A stretch of DNA of 60,815 nucleotides, counting the filler. It is 5 parts of 5 records of this genome, joined end to end, with 100 filler letters (N's around TTAATTAATTAA, not from the genome) between each part and the next. Parts side by side here need not be neighbours in the genome. Positions count along the whole stretch, not along the records: positions 1 to 23,166 come from DRR378314_1510; 4 more parts are not named here. One strand, written 5' to 3'. The notes under the pieces are model-generated. The model was not told where the DNA came from. It made no database searches and saw only the letters and a program-made list of their open reading frames with translations. The stretch's first letter is position 1, and each line of letters begins with the position of its first letter. Made by a program: the position numbers and the translations under genes. This document shows, one piece after another, positions 8,536-19,292 of the stretch.

Positions 8536-10377
8536 CTAGCGGTGATCCGCCAACCACGCCAGCGCGCCTGGCGTGGTGCGCCACTGGTCACGCATCAATG
8601 TACGATACTGCCACGCTTCCGCACGGGAGCCGGGATCGACCTGACCATCCGCGTGAGGCATTGAAGGCCGCGGGTTCTCGGCACATAACAGCTCTATCGC
8701 ATGACGATTATGAGCGACCACATCTGCCAGCGCTGCTTCAGCGGCATCGTGCTTTTCCAATCGATACAGCGCCAGTGTACGGCCCATTAATAACCCCAAC
8801 TCTAAAGAGCCATCATCTTTTTGGGGCTCATCAGTGAGCGCTAGCGCTTCTTCATTGCGGTCATCACGCAGCAATTGATCAAGTACTAACTCTCTTAAGC
8901 CAAGACTATCTTCCTGGTCTATGGCTAGCAGCTCTTCAGCCAACTCACGGGAGTGCTGGCGCGCGCCGCGCTCCATGCCCACCACCAGCGCAAGGCCGGT
9001 GCGCAGTAGCATGGCGTTATCGGCATCGTCCCAACACAGGCTGCCGTCACCGGCTGCACGGGCCTGCTCAAGCCAGCGAGAAAGGCGCAGTGCCAGCGGT
9101 TCCAGCAAGCTCGGTGCCATCCACGGCAGGCTACCAAAGCGGCTGGTCAGTGCTAACGTTACATCTTGCACTACCTGGGGGGCATCCAACCATTCTGGGT
9201 GAGCACATAGCTCAGACATCCACTCTATCGCGTTGCCCCAGGGGTCATCGCGAAAGCCCAAGGCGACCTCTTCATCGACCATGACCTGAAACTGTTCGTG
9301 CCAAGCCGCAAACAGGGTTTCTTCGCGAGCAGTGGTGGTGTAGTGCAACCTACCGGAATCGGCATCTTGCTCAATGGTCAGCTTCGGTGCGATAGGAAGT
9401 GCCGCCAGCAGCGCCTGTAGCGATACCAGCGGCGTCGCCATATCTTCTTCGGCGCTCAACAACTGGTCGGCCAAAGTGGCACCAGGATTTTCAGCTAGAG
9501 CTGCCAGGAATTCGAGTTGCTCTTCATCCAAGTCGCCCTGGCGAACCAAGCGGCGGTACCAGAAGTTAGCTCGCTCTTTGGCCTCTTCCTCATGACCTTC
9601 ATGCAGCAGCAACATGGCTTCAATGTAGGCTAGCGTCGGTGAATCCGGTAGCGCCTGCTGGGCTTTCACGAACGCAGCGCGGGCGCTGTCTAAGTCGTCG
9701 TTATCCAGGTGCATTAGGCACAACCGCTCAAGCGCCACGCCACGTAAAAACAGTGGGCCGCGTTCCATAACGTCATCAAGCAGGTCAGCACGCTTGCGGG
9801 TAAAACCGCGCTCTTGATAGATATCTAACAGAATTTCAAACGCAGGCTCAGCCTGCTCCGGCAGCCGCGACCAATCACTGCCGTCGAACAGTGACTCAAG
9901 AATCTGCATTGAACGACCGGTTTGACCGCTTTCAGCAGCAATTAGCCCGGCTTCTAATAACGCCTGGGCAGGTGCTTGCTGGCTTTCCAGCGCCGCTTTT
10001 AGCGTTGCGCCTTTCCACTCACGCAGGGAAAGCATCCACATCATCTGCTCAGGGATATCCGTGGGGAAGTCAACGCGGTAGCAGCACTGTTTGAATTTAC
10101 GTCCTGAATCACACCAGCAAGGTTCGTTGCGCCCTGGGGTAGCCAACGGTTCGTTCGCAAAATTAAGCCGCTCTAGCGGCGTTTGCGACCATAAAATAGG
10201 CGCAAGCGCCTGGGCAGTTGCCACATCGCCATTAAACGAATCTGCGCCTTCGTCACGTACCCAGGTCATAAAATCGGGGTAGTGTTCCTGTTTCCTAATT
10301 GCCGAGAGTGCCCCAGAGGCAAATCCCAGCAGTTGATCGACCCATACCGCCAGCATTGCCGTCTCCACTGTCTTCAA
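8536..10377 (-). CDS. SEC-C zinc-motif protein with TPR-like helical repeats
   Basis: GRNEPCWCDSGRKFKQCC; repeated amphipathic helices. Confidence 0.75.
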   Translation of the reverse strand: MKTVETAMLAVWVDQLLGFASGALSAIRKQEHYPDFMTWVRDEGADSFNGDVATAQALAPILWSQTPLERLNFANEPLATPGRNEPCWCDSGRKFKQCCYRVDFPTDIPEQMMWMLSLREWKGATLKAALESQQAPAQALLEAGLIAAESGQTGRSMQILESLFDGSDWSRLPEQAEPAFEILLDIYQERGFTRKRADLLDDVMERGPLFLRGVALERLCLMHLDNDDLDSARAAFVKAQQALPDSPTLAYIEAMLLLHEGHEEEAKERANFWYRRLVRQGDLDEEQLEFLAALAENPGATLADQLLSAEEDMATPLVSLQALLAALPIAPKLTIEQDADSGRLHYTTTAREETLFAAWHEQFQVMVDEEVALGFRDDPWGNAIEWMSELCAHPEWLDAPQVVQDVTLALTSRFGSLPWMAPSLLEPLALRLSRWLEQARAAGDGSLCWDDADNAMLLRTGLALVVGMERGARQHSRELAEELLAIDQEDSLGLRELVLDQLLRDDRNEEALALTDEPQKDDGSLELGLLMGRTLALYRLEKHDAAEAALADVVAHNRHAIELLCAENPRPSMPHADGQVDPGSRAEAWQYRTLMRDQWRTTPGALAWLADHR

Positions 10378-10438
10378 AACGCTATTGAAAAGCGCAATAG
10401 TCTAGCATGACAGGCGGCGCTCCCGCAGCGGCAATTAG

Positions 10439-11686
10439 TTAGCGACTACGCGCCCAGGCTAGCAGTGGCTCGGTGCGGCTATGCATATCAAGACGCGCTT
10501 GCAGACGTACTAAGTTCCAGTAGTGCCCATTCAGTGCCCGGGAGAGCAGCAAGGTATCCGCAGGTGGTTGCAGTCGATCCATGGCAGCCCACACTTTGGG
10601 CGTTAGTTCGCGCAGGCGGCGGTGTACCCGCACATCGCTGAAGTCCTGCTCACCAAGGCAGAATAGTGGTGACACGCACTCGGCGGACTCTCGATAAAGT
10701 GCCAGCGGCGCGCCCTGCCCCTGGCGGCCGCCCATTTTCATTAACGCATCATCCATTGCCATCGGGTCTTGCGCCAAGGTGGCATCTAATAACTGCATCA
10801 TGGCTTTTAGACGCGCTTCGGGCACAGGTATCACTGCACCAAAATCGTAGATGATCAGGCGACCTTCAGCATCCGCTGCGAAGTTACCGGCGTGGGGATC
10901 GGCATGCAGCTCACCGTAGGTAAACAGCTCCTCGGTAATCCAATCAGCCAACGCCACGGCCACTTTCTGACGAGTGCCATCATCGGTGCTTTCTAAATCC
11001 CGCAGCGGTGTACCGTCTACAAAGCGCATAGCAAGGACATGTTGGCCAGATAACTCAAACAGTGGTTCGGGTATGACCAACTGAGGATTATCCTGATACC
11101 GCTCGCGATAGCGAGCCAGCGCTCGTGCTTCGGCGTGATAATCCAGCTCTTCACGCAGCCCTGCCGCTAACTCTTCAAATAGCGCATCCAAACGCGCTTG
11201 AGGCACTTTGAACCAGCGGCCCAAGCTCATGATCCGTTTGACCTGCTTAAGATCGCTTTCCAACACATCCGCAAGCCCAGGGTACTGCACTTTCAGCACC
11301 ACGGTTTCACCTGTATGGGTGACCGCTTTATGCACCTGTCCCATGGAAGCACTGGCAAACGGACGCTCTTCTATATCGCTAAAGTACTGATCAATATCGC
11401 CATATTGCAGCACCAACGCTTCACGGATACGCGGCCAAGGCATTGGCTCTGCTTGACGCTGCAAGCGAGCAAGCTCATTTGCCAGGTCTGGGGGCAGCAG
11501 GTCATCCCACTGGGACATAATCTGCGCCAGTTTCATGGCCGGGCCTTTTAACTCCGAAAGCCCTTCAAACAGCGCTTCACCTAGCGCCCGCCAATCCGCT
11601 TGACCACCTAGACGAGTTTTCAGCAGCGCCCCGCCCGTGCGGGCACCCAGACCCAATAAACGTCGTGTTCTGCCGCGTTCGCGCAT
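10439..11686 (-). CDS. ABC1/UbiB (AarF) atypical kinase
   Basis: KGPAMKLAQ, ASASMGQVHKA, VLKVQYPG, HADPHAGN, DFG. Confidence 0.92.
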   Translation of the reverse strand: MRERGRTRRLLGLGARTGGALLKTRLGGQADWRALGEALFEGLSELKGPAMKLAQIMSQWDDLLPPDLANELARLQRQAEPMPWPRIREALVLQYGDIDQYFSDIEERPFASASMGQVHKAVTHTGETVVLKVQYPGLADVLESDLKQVKRIMSLGRWFKVPQARLDALFEELAAGLREELDYHAEARALARYRERYQDNPQLVIPEPLFELSGQHVLAMRFVDGTPLRDLESTDDGTRQKVAVALADWITEELFTYGELHADPHAGNFAADAEGRLIIYDFGAVIPVPEARLKAMMQLLDATLAQDPMAMDDALMKMGGRQGQGAPLALYRESAECVSPLFCLGEQDFSDVRVHRRLRELTPKVWAAMDRLQPPADTLLLSRALNGHYWNLVRLQARLDMHSRTEPLLAWARSR

Positions 11687-11878
11687 GGAAATCGCCTCAT
11701 TAATTGCTTTTTGACAGCTTACTTAATTTGTTAATTTTATACAAAAACTATACAAAGAAATAAATCCATCCATTTACAAAACAACTCACTCACCATCTAA
11801 CACACAAGCTAGACGCTAACCTGTTGCGGGTTCTGCTAAGATGGCAACTTGTTGTTATCTGACAGGGCTAGACACTGT

Positions 11879-13795
11879 ATGCGCTTGATTATCGCCGAGA
11901 AACCCAGCCTTGCACGGGCCATAGCCGACGCACTGCCCGGCAGCGCAAAACGCCAGGATGGCGCTATGATTTGCGGCGACACCACCGTCACTTGGTGCCT
12001 AGGCCACTTGCTAGAACAAGCCCCCCCCGAAGCCTACGACCCTGCCGATAAACAGTGGCGGCTAGATCGGCTACCCATTGTGCCGCAGCAGTGGAAACTG
12101 ATGCCGCGCCCCAAGGCGCGAGGGCAACTGGCAGTGATTCGCAAGCTGATTAAGCAGGCCACCAGCGTGGTGCACGCTGGCGATCCAGACCGCGAAGGTC
12201 AGCTACTGGTGCAGGAAGTAATTGAGTACATGAAGTATCGCGGCCCCGTTCAGAGGCTACTGATCAGTGACCTTAACAAACCCGCCGTGAGCCGAGCACT
12301 TGCCAAGCTGCGCTCTAATATGGAACACCAGCCGCTGTTTCAAGCGGCCCAGGCGCGCTCGCGTGCTGACTGGCTGTATGGCATTAACTTAACCCGCGCC
12401 TGGACACTCACCGGCCGCCAAGCGGGACATGACGGCGTGCTTTCCGTTGGCCGTGTGCAAACACCAGTACTCGGATTGATCGTGCGCCGCGACAATGCTA
12501 TTCGTAATTTCAAGCCTCACCCGTTCTACCCGCTATGGGTGGATTTACAAGTGGCCCAAGGCCAGCTGCGCGCCTGGTGGGCACCTAAAGAGCACCAGCC
12601 CTTAGATGAGCAAGGACGGCTGATTGATCGCACTCCCGCCGATGCCTTAGCAGCACAGCTTCCCGGCGCACGGGGCACCCTAACCACCCTCGATCAACAG
12701 GAAAAACGCCAAGCGCCGCCGCTACCCTATTCGCTTTCCGCGTTACAAGTAGACGCCGCACGCCGCCACGGGCTCTCCGCACAGATGGTGCTGGATATTT
12801 GCCAGCGGCTTTATGAACAGCACAAGTTAATTACCTACCCCCGCTCCGACTGCCGCTACCTGCCCGAAGAGCATCTAGCGCTGGCCCAGCGTAGCTTTAG
12901 CAGCGCCTGCCAGAACGATGCTACGCTGCGTCAGTGGCTGGGTGGCGCTGACTTTACCCTGCGCTCAAAAGCCTGGAACGACAAACAGGTAGGCGCGCAC
13001 CATGCCCTAGCGCCCACCGGCAAGCCCGCGGACTTTAGCCAACTTTCCGCCACTGAAGGCCATGTATTTCGGTTGATTGTGCGTAATGTGATGGCGCAGT
13101 TTTATCGGCCGCTGCGCACCTTTGAGGTGAAAGCAGAGTTCACCCTGCTAGATGAAGCTTTCCGTGCCCGTGGCCAGAGCATTCTTGATCATGGTTGGAA
13201 GCCACTCTTCACCACCCGCGACGAAACCCCACCACTGCCGCCGCTCACTCAAGGGGAAGCCTGCCAAGCGCTGGGCGCAGGCGTTGAGGAGAAAGAAACC
13301 CGCCCGCCGGAACCATTCACTGATGCCAGCTTGATTAAAGCGATGATGAACATAGGCCGCTACGTGGATGACCCTAACGTGCGTCGCACGCTGCGTGACA
13401 CCGACGGCCTTGGCACCGAAGCAACCCGCGCAGGTATTATTGAAACGCTGGTGCAGCGTGGCTACTTGGTGCGGCAGCAAAAAGCCCTGCGCGCCACTAA
13501 ACTCGGCTGCGCGCTGATCGCCGCCTTACCCAGCGCCGTAAGCACGCCAGAACGCACCGCCCTTTGGGAACAGCGGCTTCGAGCGATCTCAGAACAGCAG
13601 GATGACCCCGGCGCGTTTCAGCAAGCACTCCTGGATGATCTACGTGGCCTACTCACCCACAGCGATGCGGCCAAGCTGAGACACAGCCTACAAACCGCCC
13701 AAGGTGAAGCCGGAGGCCCGGCAAAACGCACAACTAAGCCAAGAAAAAGTTATTCGAAAAGGAAGAGTACCGGGGCCAGAAAGAAGATGAGCTGA
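11879..13795 (+). CDS. topB: DNA topoisomerase III
   Basis: IAEKPS, GDPDREG, SVGRVQTP, catalytic ITYPRSD, GLGTEATR. Confidence 0.96.
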   Translation: MRLIIAEKPSLARAIADALPGSAKRQDGAMICGDTTVTWCLGHLLEQAPPEAYDPADKQWRLDRLPIVPQQWKLMPRPKARGQLAVIRKLIKQATSVVHAGDPDREGQLLVQEVIEYMKYRGPVQRLLISDLNKPAVSRALAKLRSNMEHQPLFQAAQARSRADWLYGINLTRAWTLTGRQAGHDGVLSVGRVQTPVLGLIVRRDNAIRNFKPHPFYPLWVDLQVAQGQLRAWWAPKEHQPLDEQGRLIDRTPADALAAQLPGARGTLTTLDQQEKRQAPPLPYSLSALQVDAARRHGLSAQMVLDICQRLYEQHKLITYPRSDCRYLPEEHLALAQRSFSSACQNDATLRQWLGGADFTLRSKAWNDKQVGAHHALAPTGKPADFSQLSATEGHVFRLIVRNVMAQFYRPLRTFEVKAEFTLLDEAFRARGQSILDHGWKPLFTTRDETPPLPPLTQGEACQALGAGVEEKETRPPEPFTDASLIKAMMNIGRYVDDPNVRRTLRDTDGLGTEATRAGIIETLVQRGYLVRQQKALRATKLGCALIAALPSAVSTPERTALWEQRLRAISEQQDDPGAFQQALLDDLRGLLTHSDAAKLRHSLQTAQGEAGGPAKRTTKPRKSYSKRKSTGARKKMS

Positions 13796-13908
13796 TGAGC
13801 ATTTAATCAGTGCGTAGCGCTTAACTTGTGTTGAACAGCGAGCAGGCAGCTTAGCGGTATTTATAGTTAGCACATGCAAGATAACGGTATAAAACTTATT
13901 CCATTATC

Positions 13909-14814
13909 TCAGTCCGATAACGTGCACAGCCCACCCGGTACTGCCAACACCCAATCACGAATAGCCAGAACCGTCGGATCATGACGTCGGCTTTCTGGGT
14001 AAACCAAAAAGAACGGCTTGCCTTCAAATTCCGGGCCAAAGGGCTGCACCAAGCGCCCCTCCTCCAATTCATCTTGAATCAACTGACGACTCATTAGCGC
14101 CACACCCTGCGCACCAACGGCGGCCGAAATAACGTGGGTTTCATCAGAAAATACCAACCCGGCACTCACGTCCAGCCCAGGAACTTTTGCCAACTTCTGC
14201 CAAACGCTCCAATCCAGTGGCGAAGACACCGCCCCTGGGCTGCGGAAATGGATAAGCGAGTGCCCAGGTAGCTGCGTTATATCGTGCAAGCCTAGGTGTG
14301 GACTACACGCTGGGATAAAGGTGTTATCCAAGAGTTTCTCTGCTATCAACCCAGGCCAACGGCCATCGCCATAACGAACAGCAAGGTCCGCCGTCACCCC
14401 ATCCAGAGCGACCGGCTCATGCGTCGCGTGGATACGCAGATCAATATCGGGATGCGCGTCACGCAGCATACATACCCAAGGTAGCAACCAGCGCACCGCT
14501 ATAGCTGGCGTTGTAGACAGCGTAATGGTTTGGCGAACAGGTACAGCGCTTAATCGATCGACCACACTACTGATACTGTCAAAAGCTGTTTCCAGCACTT
14601 GCTGAAGCTCACGGCCCTGAGCGGTCAGCTCCAACTGACGCGGTTTACGCAGAAAGAGAGGGACACCCAGCGCTTCTTCAAGCCCCCGGACCTGATGGCT
14701 AATGGCGGTAGCGGTGACCGACAGCTCTTGTGCGGCCTGCTTGGCGCTTTCATGGCGAGCAGCGGCTTCAAAAGCGCGAAGCGACGAAAGAGAGGGTAAT
14801 CGGCGATGGCTCAT
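13909..14814 (-). CDS. LysR-family regulator (GcvA-like)
   Basis: LRAFEAAAR...AAQELSVT..AISHQVR HTH; divergent from azoR. Confidence 0.93.
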   Translation of the reverse strand: MSHRRLPSLSSLRAFEAAARHESAKQAAQELSVTATAISHQVRGLEEALGVPLFLRKPRQLELTAQGRELQQVLETAFDSISSVVDRLSAVPVRQTITLSTTPAIAVRWLLPWVCMLRDAHPDIDLRIHATHEPVALDGVTADLAVRYGDGRWPGLIAEKLLDNTFIPACSPHLGLHDITQLPGHSLIHFRSPGAVSSPLDWSVWQKLAKVPGLDVSAGLVFSDETHVISAAVGAQGVALMSRQLIQDELEEGRLVQPFGPEFEGKPFFLVYPESRRHDPTVLAIRDWVLAVPGGLCTLSD

Positions 14815-14816
14815 GA

Positions 14817-14831
14817 ATGAGTTTTCCTCAT
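14817..14831. promoter_or_regulatory. LysR T-N11-A operator
   Basis: ATGAG-TTTTC-CTCAT interrupted palindrome next to the LysR start; related half-site ATAGATGAG at 14901-14909. Confidence 0.6.
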
Positions 14832-14936
14832 CTATAGCGGCAAGAAAAGATCGTTTGTTTAGGCCAAGAGGGCCAGACTAAGCTGAGCCTGTTGTTAATC
14901 ATAGATGAGTTCAGTTCAGATTAGGAGGCTATTACC

Positions 14937-15638
14937 ATGGCACATATACTGCACATAGACGCTAGCGCCCGGCCCGGTATTGCAGGAAAAGATAACCACG
15001 GCTCGCATAGCCGCCATTTGACCTATCAATTTGTCAGTCAATGGCAATTTGACCGACCGCAAGACACGCTCACCTATCGCGACATAGGTCAAAACCCGCC
15101 GTCTATTATTAGCCATGATTGGATTGCGTCTGCCTTCACCCCCGCAGAGCGTCGAGAAAACTGGATGCAGGAGACACTAACAGAGAGCGATCAACTGATT
15201 GATGAATTAGTTGCCGCTGATATTGTGGTAATTGGAACGCCGCTCTACAACTTCGGTATGCCTGCGGCCCTGAAAGCTTGGATTGACCAAGTCGTGCGGC
15301 CCGGTCGAACAGTCGATATCGATGAGTCGAATCAGATCGAACCCTATATACCCAAGCTAGCAGATCGAGAAAGGCATGCTGTTGTTCTTACCGCCAGGGG
15401 CGGAATAGGCTTTGACCCAGGTGGTGAGATGGCTCATCTGAATCATTTGGAACCAAATCTAGCCACAGCGCTTGGCTTTATCGGAATTACCCGTATCCAC
15501 TACATCGCTATCGAAGGCCAGGAAGTTGGTGGTGAGTTACTGGCGGCCTCGGTGAATGAGGCGTTAGGCAAGGTTGCAGCTCTGGTAGAGGCGTTACAGG
15601 AAACGGTGGAGGTCACTCCACTTGCCTCACCGGCCTAA
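14937..15638 (+). CDS. azoR: FMN-dependent NADH-azoreductase
   Basis: ILHIDAS.R, PLYNFGMPAALKAWID, ARGG. Confidence 0.88.
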   Translation: MAHILHIDASARPGIAGKDNHGSHSRHLTYQFVSQWQFDRPQDTLTYRDIGQNPPSIISHDWIASAFTPAERRENWMQETLTESDQLIDELVAADIVVIGTPLYNFGMPAALKAWIDQVVRPGRTVDIDESNQIEPYIPKLADRERHAVVLTARGGIGFDPGGEMAHLNHLEPNLATALGFIGITRIHYIAIEGQEVGGELLAASVNEALGKVAALVEALQETVEVTPLASPA

Positions 15639-15767
15639 ACATCAGGTGAAGCAGAACGCTGCCAAGCGCTGTTTTGTGCTTCCCACATCAATGAAGCTGG
15701 CTATTATTTGTTAGCTTTCCATACCCGTGATCAACACGCGCTTGGTCATGGGTAATAGCTGACTATA

Positions 15768-16487
15768 TTAGCCACCGGCAATCATCATATTACCGACTAA
15801 ACCGAGCAAAAAGCCTGTAACTGCTCCCACTGCGGGCATGCTTTTATGTGCAAGCTTAGATTCTGGTGCAATATCCTGGAAAACTAAGTAAAGAATTCCC
15901 GCACTAGCAAACAGCATTAAAGCGCCCATCAACTCCTCATACTGAGACAGCAAATAATACCCTGTGGCGGCAGAGGCAGGACCTACTAACGCTAAACCGC
16001 TAAAAGCCAGCACAATTTTATTTGCTGAGAGTTGAGAGTTACTACTTAACTCCTCAAAGGCATTAAACCCTTCCGGTAAGTTTTGCAAAACCATCAGCAA
16101 CGCCAACAAAAAGCCAGCACTTCCTCCCGAGGCAAAGGCCGCTCCTAAAGCAATGGCTTCGGGAACAAAATCAGAAAGCATTGCGACCAGTTGACCAACA
16201 GAACTGTTCAGCCTACTTAAAAAAGTATCCAACAGATAGAAACACACTCCTCCCGCAGCAAAACACAGCGCCGCGAATACAGGAGAAAGCTTGCCCGCCC
16301 CTTCAGGGACTAGCACCAAAGCGACTGCCGATATAAGCGCTCCCCCGCCAAAAGCAACAATAAAATGCCGCCATGCAGTACCTAAGAAATAGGGATGCAC
16401 AAGATCAAGTCGAGCAAGCAATGCCCCCGTGGGCATTGCCGCACCAGCCAGCAATGATAATAATAAGATATAGGTAATTTCAGTCAT
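15768..16487 (-). CDS. ZIP-family divalent metal transporter
   Basis: Multiple TMs; DFVPEAIALG and QNLPEG motifs. Confidence 0.8.
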   Translation of the reverse strand: MTEITYILLLSLLAGAAMPTGALLARLDLVHPYFLGTAWRHFIVAFGGGALISAVALVLVPEGAGKLSPVFAALCFAAGGVCFYLLDTFLSRLNSSVGQLVAMLSDFVPEAIALGAAFASGGSAGFLLALLMVLQNLPEGFNAFEELSSNSQLSANKIVLAFSGLALVGPASAATGYYLLSQYEELMGALMLFASAGILYLVFQDIAPESKLAHKSMPAVGAVTGFLLGLVGNMMIAGG

Positions 16488-16539
16488 TGATATTGGCGAT
16501 CACTTTCCTAAAGACCTCAATTTTCCAGCAATATTCTCT

Positions 16540-18510
16540 TTACTTTACAGCACCAGATCGCTCATCTATCAGCAGCGGCGGCATCGGACAGTCGAGGATA
16601 TCTGCTATTACCCGAAACAACTCAGCTTCGGCTGGGCGAATATGCCCGCTATGCTCAATGCAGCGCGCCATGGCTTGCAGAAGAACGGGCTTCTGCAAAG
16701 GCTTCAAGCGCCGTAAACGCTCCACGGCCAAGCTTAATGCCCGCATATCACTTACTTCGTCAGTGGCAGATAAGGCGAACGGCAGCTCGCTTTCCGCTGC
16801 GTTAAGCGCTGCGCTAATCTCTTCAGGGTTATCCTGGCCTGCTGCTGCCAGCACACTGAGTAGGCGCTGGCACTCTCGCTGTAAATCACCCAGTTTAAGA
16901 TGAGAGAGCCCGCTGTTCTTTTCGCCCAGATTGTTCAGTAGCAGCTGGTACAGCGCCCATTCAAACAAGCTGACGTGGCCATCCGCGTTAATCAATTGCT
17001 CCATACAGAGGCGAAAGTGCTGAGCCTGATCAACGGAAAGCGACTTTAAGGCTGGTAGTGCCAACTCAACCAGCGGTAGACGTAACTCGATATTCAGCCT
17101 CAATACCTCGGAACCAATGTCCATCAGCGCTTGATAAGTATCTGGCAAGGCAATTTGTTGTAATGCATCTAACTGCTGCTCACGAACTGACGGTTCATCA
17201 CTTAGCAGTAGTGCATAAATTAACGCACGGGCGGTATAGGGTTCCTGGGCCGCGGTTTTGATTCGTTCTGGCAGCGCATTTAGCGTTGCCCTGGCCTGCG
17301 CCAGGTGGCGTTGACTGGGCTGGCCGATGGCGTTAATAGCCGTTTGAGCAGAAGCTGCGGTTAATACAGCAGCCAACGTCCCTCTGCTTAGCTTCGCATC
17401 AGAACGGTCTTTACTGCCATCTTCACTATCATCTTCATTATCTACTGAACCAGGGGCGTCATGATCAGTGTGCTGCGGGGGCCAGCAAACCTCGAAGCGG
17501 CCATCCCAGTCTGGCATTACCCGCTGAATACGCTCTTTTAGTGGCGGGTGGGTCGCCATCATACGCGTAAATCCCAGCTTGATGCCCTGGCCGAAAAACA
17601 GGTGGCTGAATTCGGCTGCCTGTGGCGCTTTCAGGTAGGAACCCTGGCTATGCGAGCCAATCTTGACCAGCGCATTACCAATGCCATAGGGGTTACGGGT
17701 GAACTGTACGGCGGAAGCATCCGCCAGATATTCGCGCTGGCGGCTGACCGCTGACTTAATCAGATTGCCAAAAAAGGTGCCCGCATAGCCGACCACCATT
17801 AGCGCCGCTCCCAACCCCAAAATTACCGCCGCTGAGTTGTTACGTTTACTGCCCCCAGCACGCCGATAGCGCATGCTACGTAGCAAAGTACCGCCCAATA
17901 GCCCAATCAGCAGAATACCGTGGAGGATGCTGACCAAGCGTATGTTTAGCCGCATGTCGCCGTACAGAATATGGCTAAACTCATGCGCGACGACCCCCTG
18001 CAACTCTTCCCGTGTCAGGTTGCGGATGGTGCCACGGGTAATACCGATCACCGCATCGCTGGTTTGATACCCTGCCGCAAAAGCATTGATGCCCTCTTCC
18101 TCTACGATATAAACGGAAGGCACCGGCGTGCCCGATGCAATGGCCATTTCTTCAACGACATTGAGAATGCGGCGTTCATCGGGGTCCTGGGTCATTAGAT
18201 TAATCTCGCGCCCGCCGAGCGCTTCTGCGACTGCCCGACCACCACCACTGAGCTGACGTTGTTTGAATAGACCGCCTAGCACCACAACAGCCAGCACCCC
18301 GACAGCCACACCAGCGACTAGCTGGAATGAGAGCGCGGACCACATTCCCTGCGCCGAAAGGCTGGTTTGCTCTGCGCCGCGCATCAGCTGCAAGGCGATA
18401 GCAACCACCAATGTCGTCACGGCAACCAACGCCAGCACTGCTAGTACCAGCAAGACAACCAGATGCCAGGTTTTGCGCCGAGCGTGTTCCTGAGCAGTAA
18501 AAAAATCCAT
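16540..18510 (-). CDS. M48 (HtpX-like) zinc metallopeptidase with C-terminal extension
   Basis: INAFAAG, HEFSH, SRQREYLAD, THPPL..RI. Confidence 0.92.
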   Translation of the reverse strand: MDFFTAQEHARRKTWHLVVLLVLAVLALVAVTTLVVAIALQLMRGAEQTSLSAQGMWSALSFQLVAGVAVGVLAVVVLGGLFKQRQLSGGGRAVAEALGGREINLMTQDPDERRILNVVEEMAIASGTPVPSVYIVEEEGINAFAAGYQTSDAVIGITRGTIRNLTREELQGVVAHEFSHILYGDMRLNIRLVSILHGILLIGLLGGTLLRSMRYRRAGGSKRNNSAAVILGLGAALMVVGYAGTFFGNLIKSAVSRQREYLADASAVQFTRNPYGIGNALVKIGSHSQGSYLKAPQAAEFSHLFFGQGIKLGFTRMMATHPPLKERIQRVMPDWDGRFEVCWPPQHTDHDAPGSVDNEDDSEDGSKDRSDAKLSRGTLAAVLTAASAQTAINAIGQPSQRHLAQARATLNALPERIKTAAQEPYTARALIYALLLSDEPSVREQQLDALQQIALPDTYQALMDIGSEVLRLNIELRLPLVELALPALKSLSVDQAQHFRLCMEQLINADGHVSLFEWALYQLLLNNLGEKNSGLSHLKLGDLQRECQRLLSVLAAAGQDNPEEISAALNAAESELPFALSATDEVSDMRALSLAVERLRRLKPLQKPVLLQAMARCIEHSGHIRPAEAELFRVIADILDCPMPPLLIDERSGAVK

Positions 18511-18535
18511 CTAATCCTAGCTCCTGCGCAGTAGC

Positions 18536-19129
18536 TTAGAACGATACTTTGGGTGCCACCTGGATCTGGGCGCTATCTTCAAATTCTAGCAATGAGGCAT
18601 CTTGGCCATGCCCAAACATGCCAGCCACCGCCACTGGTGGGAAGCTCTGCCGATAAGTGTTGTAGTGCATCACCGCATCGTTAAATGACTGACGCGCAAA
18701 AGCCACCTTGTTTTCCGTGCTGGTGAGTTCTTCTGACAACTGCATCATATTTTGCGACGCTTTTAGGTCTGGGTAAGCTTCCATGACGACATTGAGTCGT
18801 CCCATCGCTTGAGTTAGCGCACCTTCAGCGCCACCAAGATCAGCAATTGCTTTGGCGCTACCAGGGTTCGCCGCCGCCGCTTTAAGTCCGGCCACTGCCG
18901 TGTTGCGAGCCTCAATGACCGACTGCAGCGTTTCCCGCTCATGGCTCAGATAGCCTTTGGCGGTCTCTACTAAGTTGGGAATTAGGTCGTGCCGCCGCTT
19001 AAGTTGTACTTCAATCTGGGCAAAGGCGTTCTCAAAGCGATTTTTCAACGAAACAAGACGGTTATAGATTCCGATAACGTAAAACGCGATAACGGCGACG
19101 ACTACCAAAACAATGATGAGTGTCAGCAT
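18536..19129 (-). CDS. lemA: LemA family protein
   Basis: QLKRRHDLIPNLV, EAYPDLKAS, ENKVAFAR. Confidence 0.95.
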   Translation of the reverse strand: MLTLIIVLVVVAVIAFYVIGIYNRLVSLKNRFENAFAQIEVQLKRRHDLIPNLVETAKGYLSHERETLQSVIEARNTAVAGLKAAAANPGSAKAIADLGGAEGALTQAMGRLNVVMEAYPDLKASQNMMQLSEELTSTENKVAFARQSFNDAVMHYNTYRQSFPPVAVAGMFGHGQDASLLEFEDSAQIQVAPKVSF

Positions 19130-19292
19130 TTGGGTCCATCCTTAGCGTTAGCTGTAGTTAGCGGAAAAGTGCTAGGGGAAAAAGTGCTAGCGGAAAAATA
19201 ATAGCAGTTGAGCGTCAGACGCGTATTAACGGAAGCGCGCATTTGGCCGCACAACAGACGCGCTGCCAGCCATTCGATCGACCATCGCAAAC

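Noticed and set aside
13819-13872. attC-like ends (GCTTAAC...GTTAGC); a similar pair lies at 15633-15715
   Set aside because: There is no convincing internal L-box palindrome, the core sites are imperfect, and no integrase is present.
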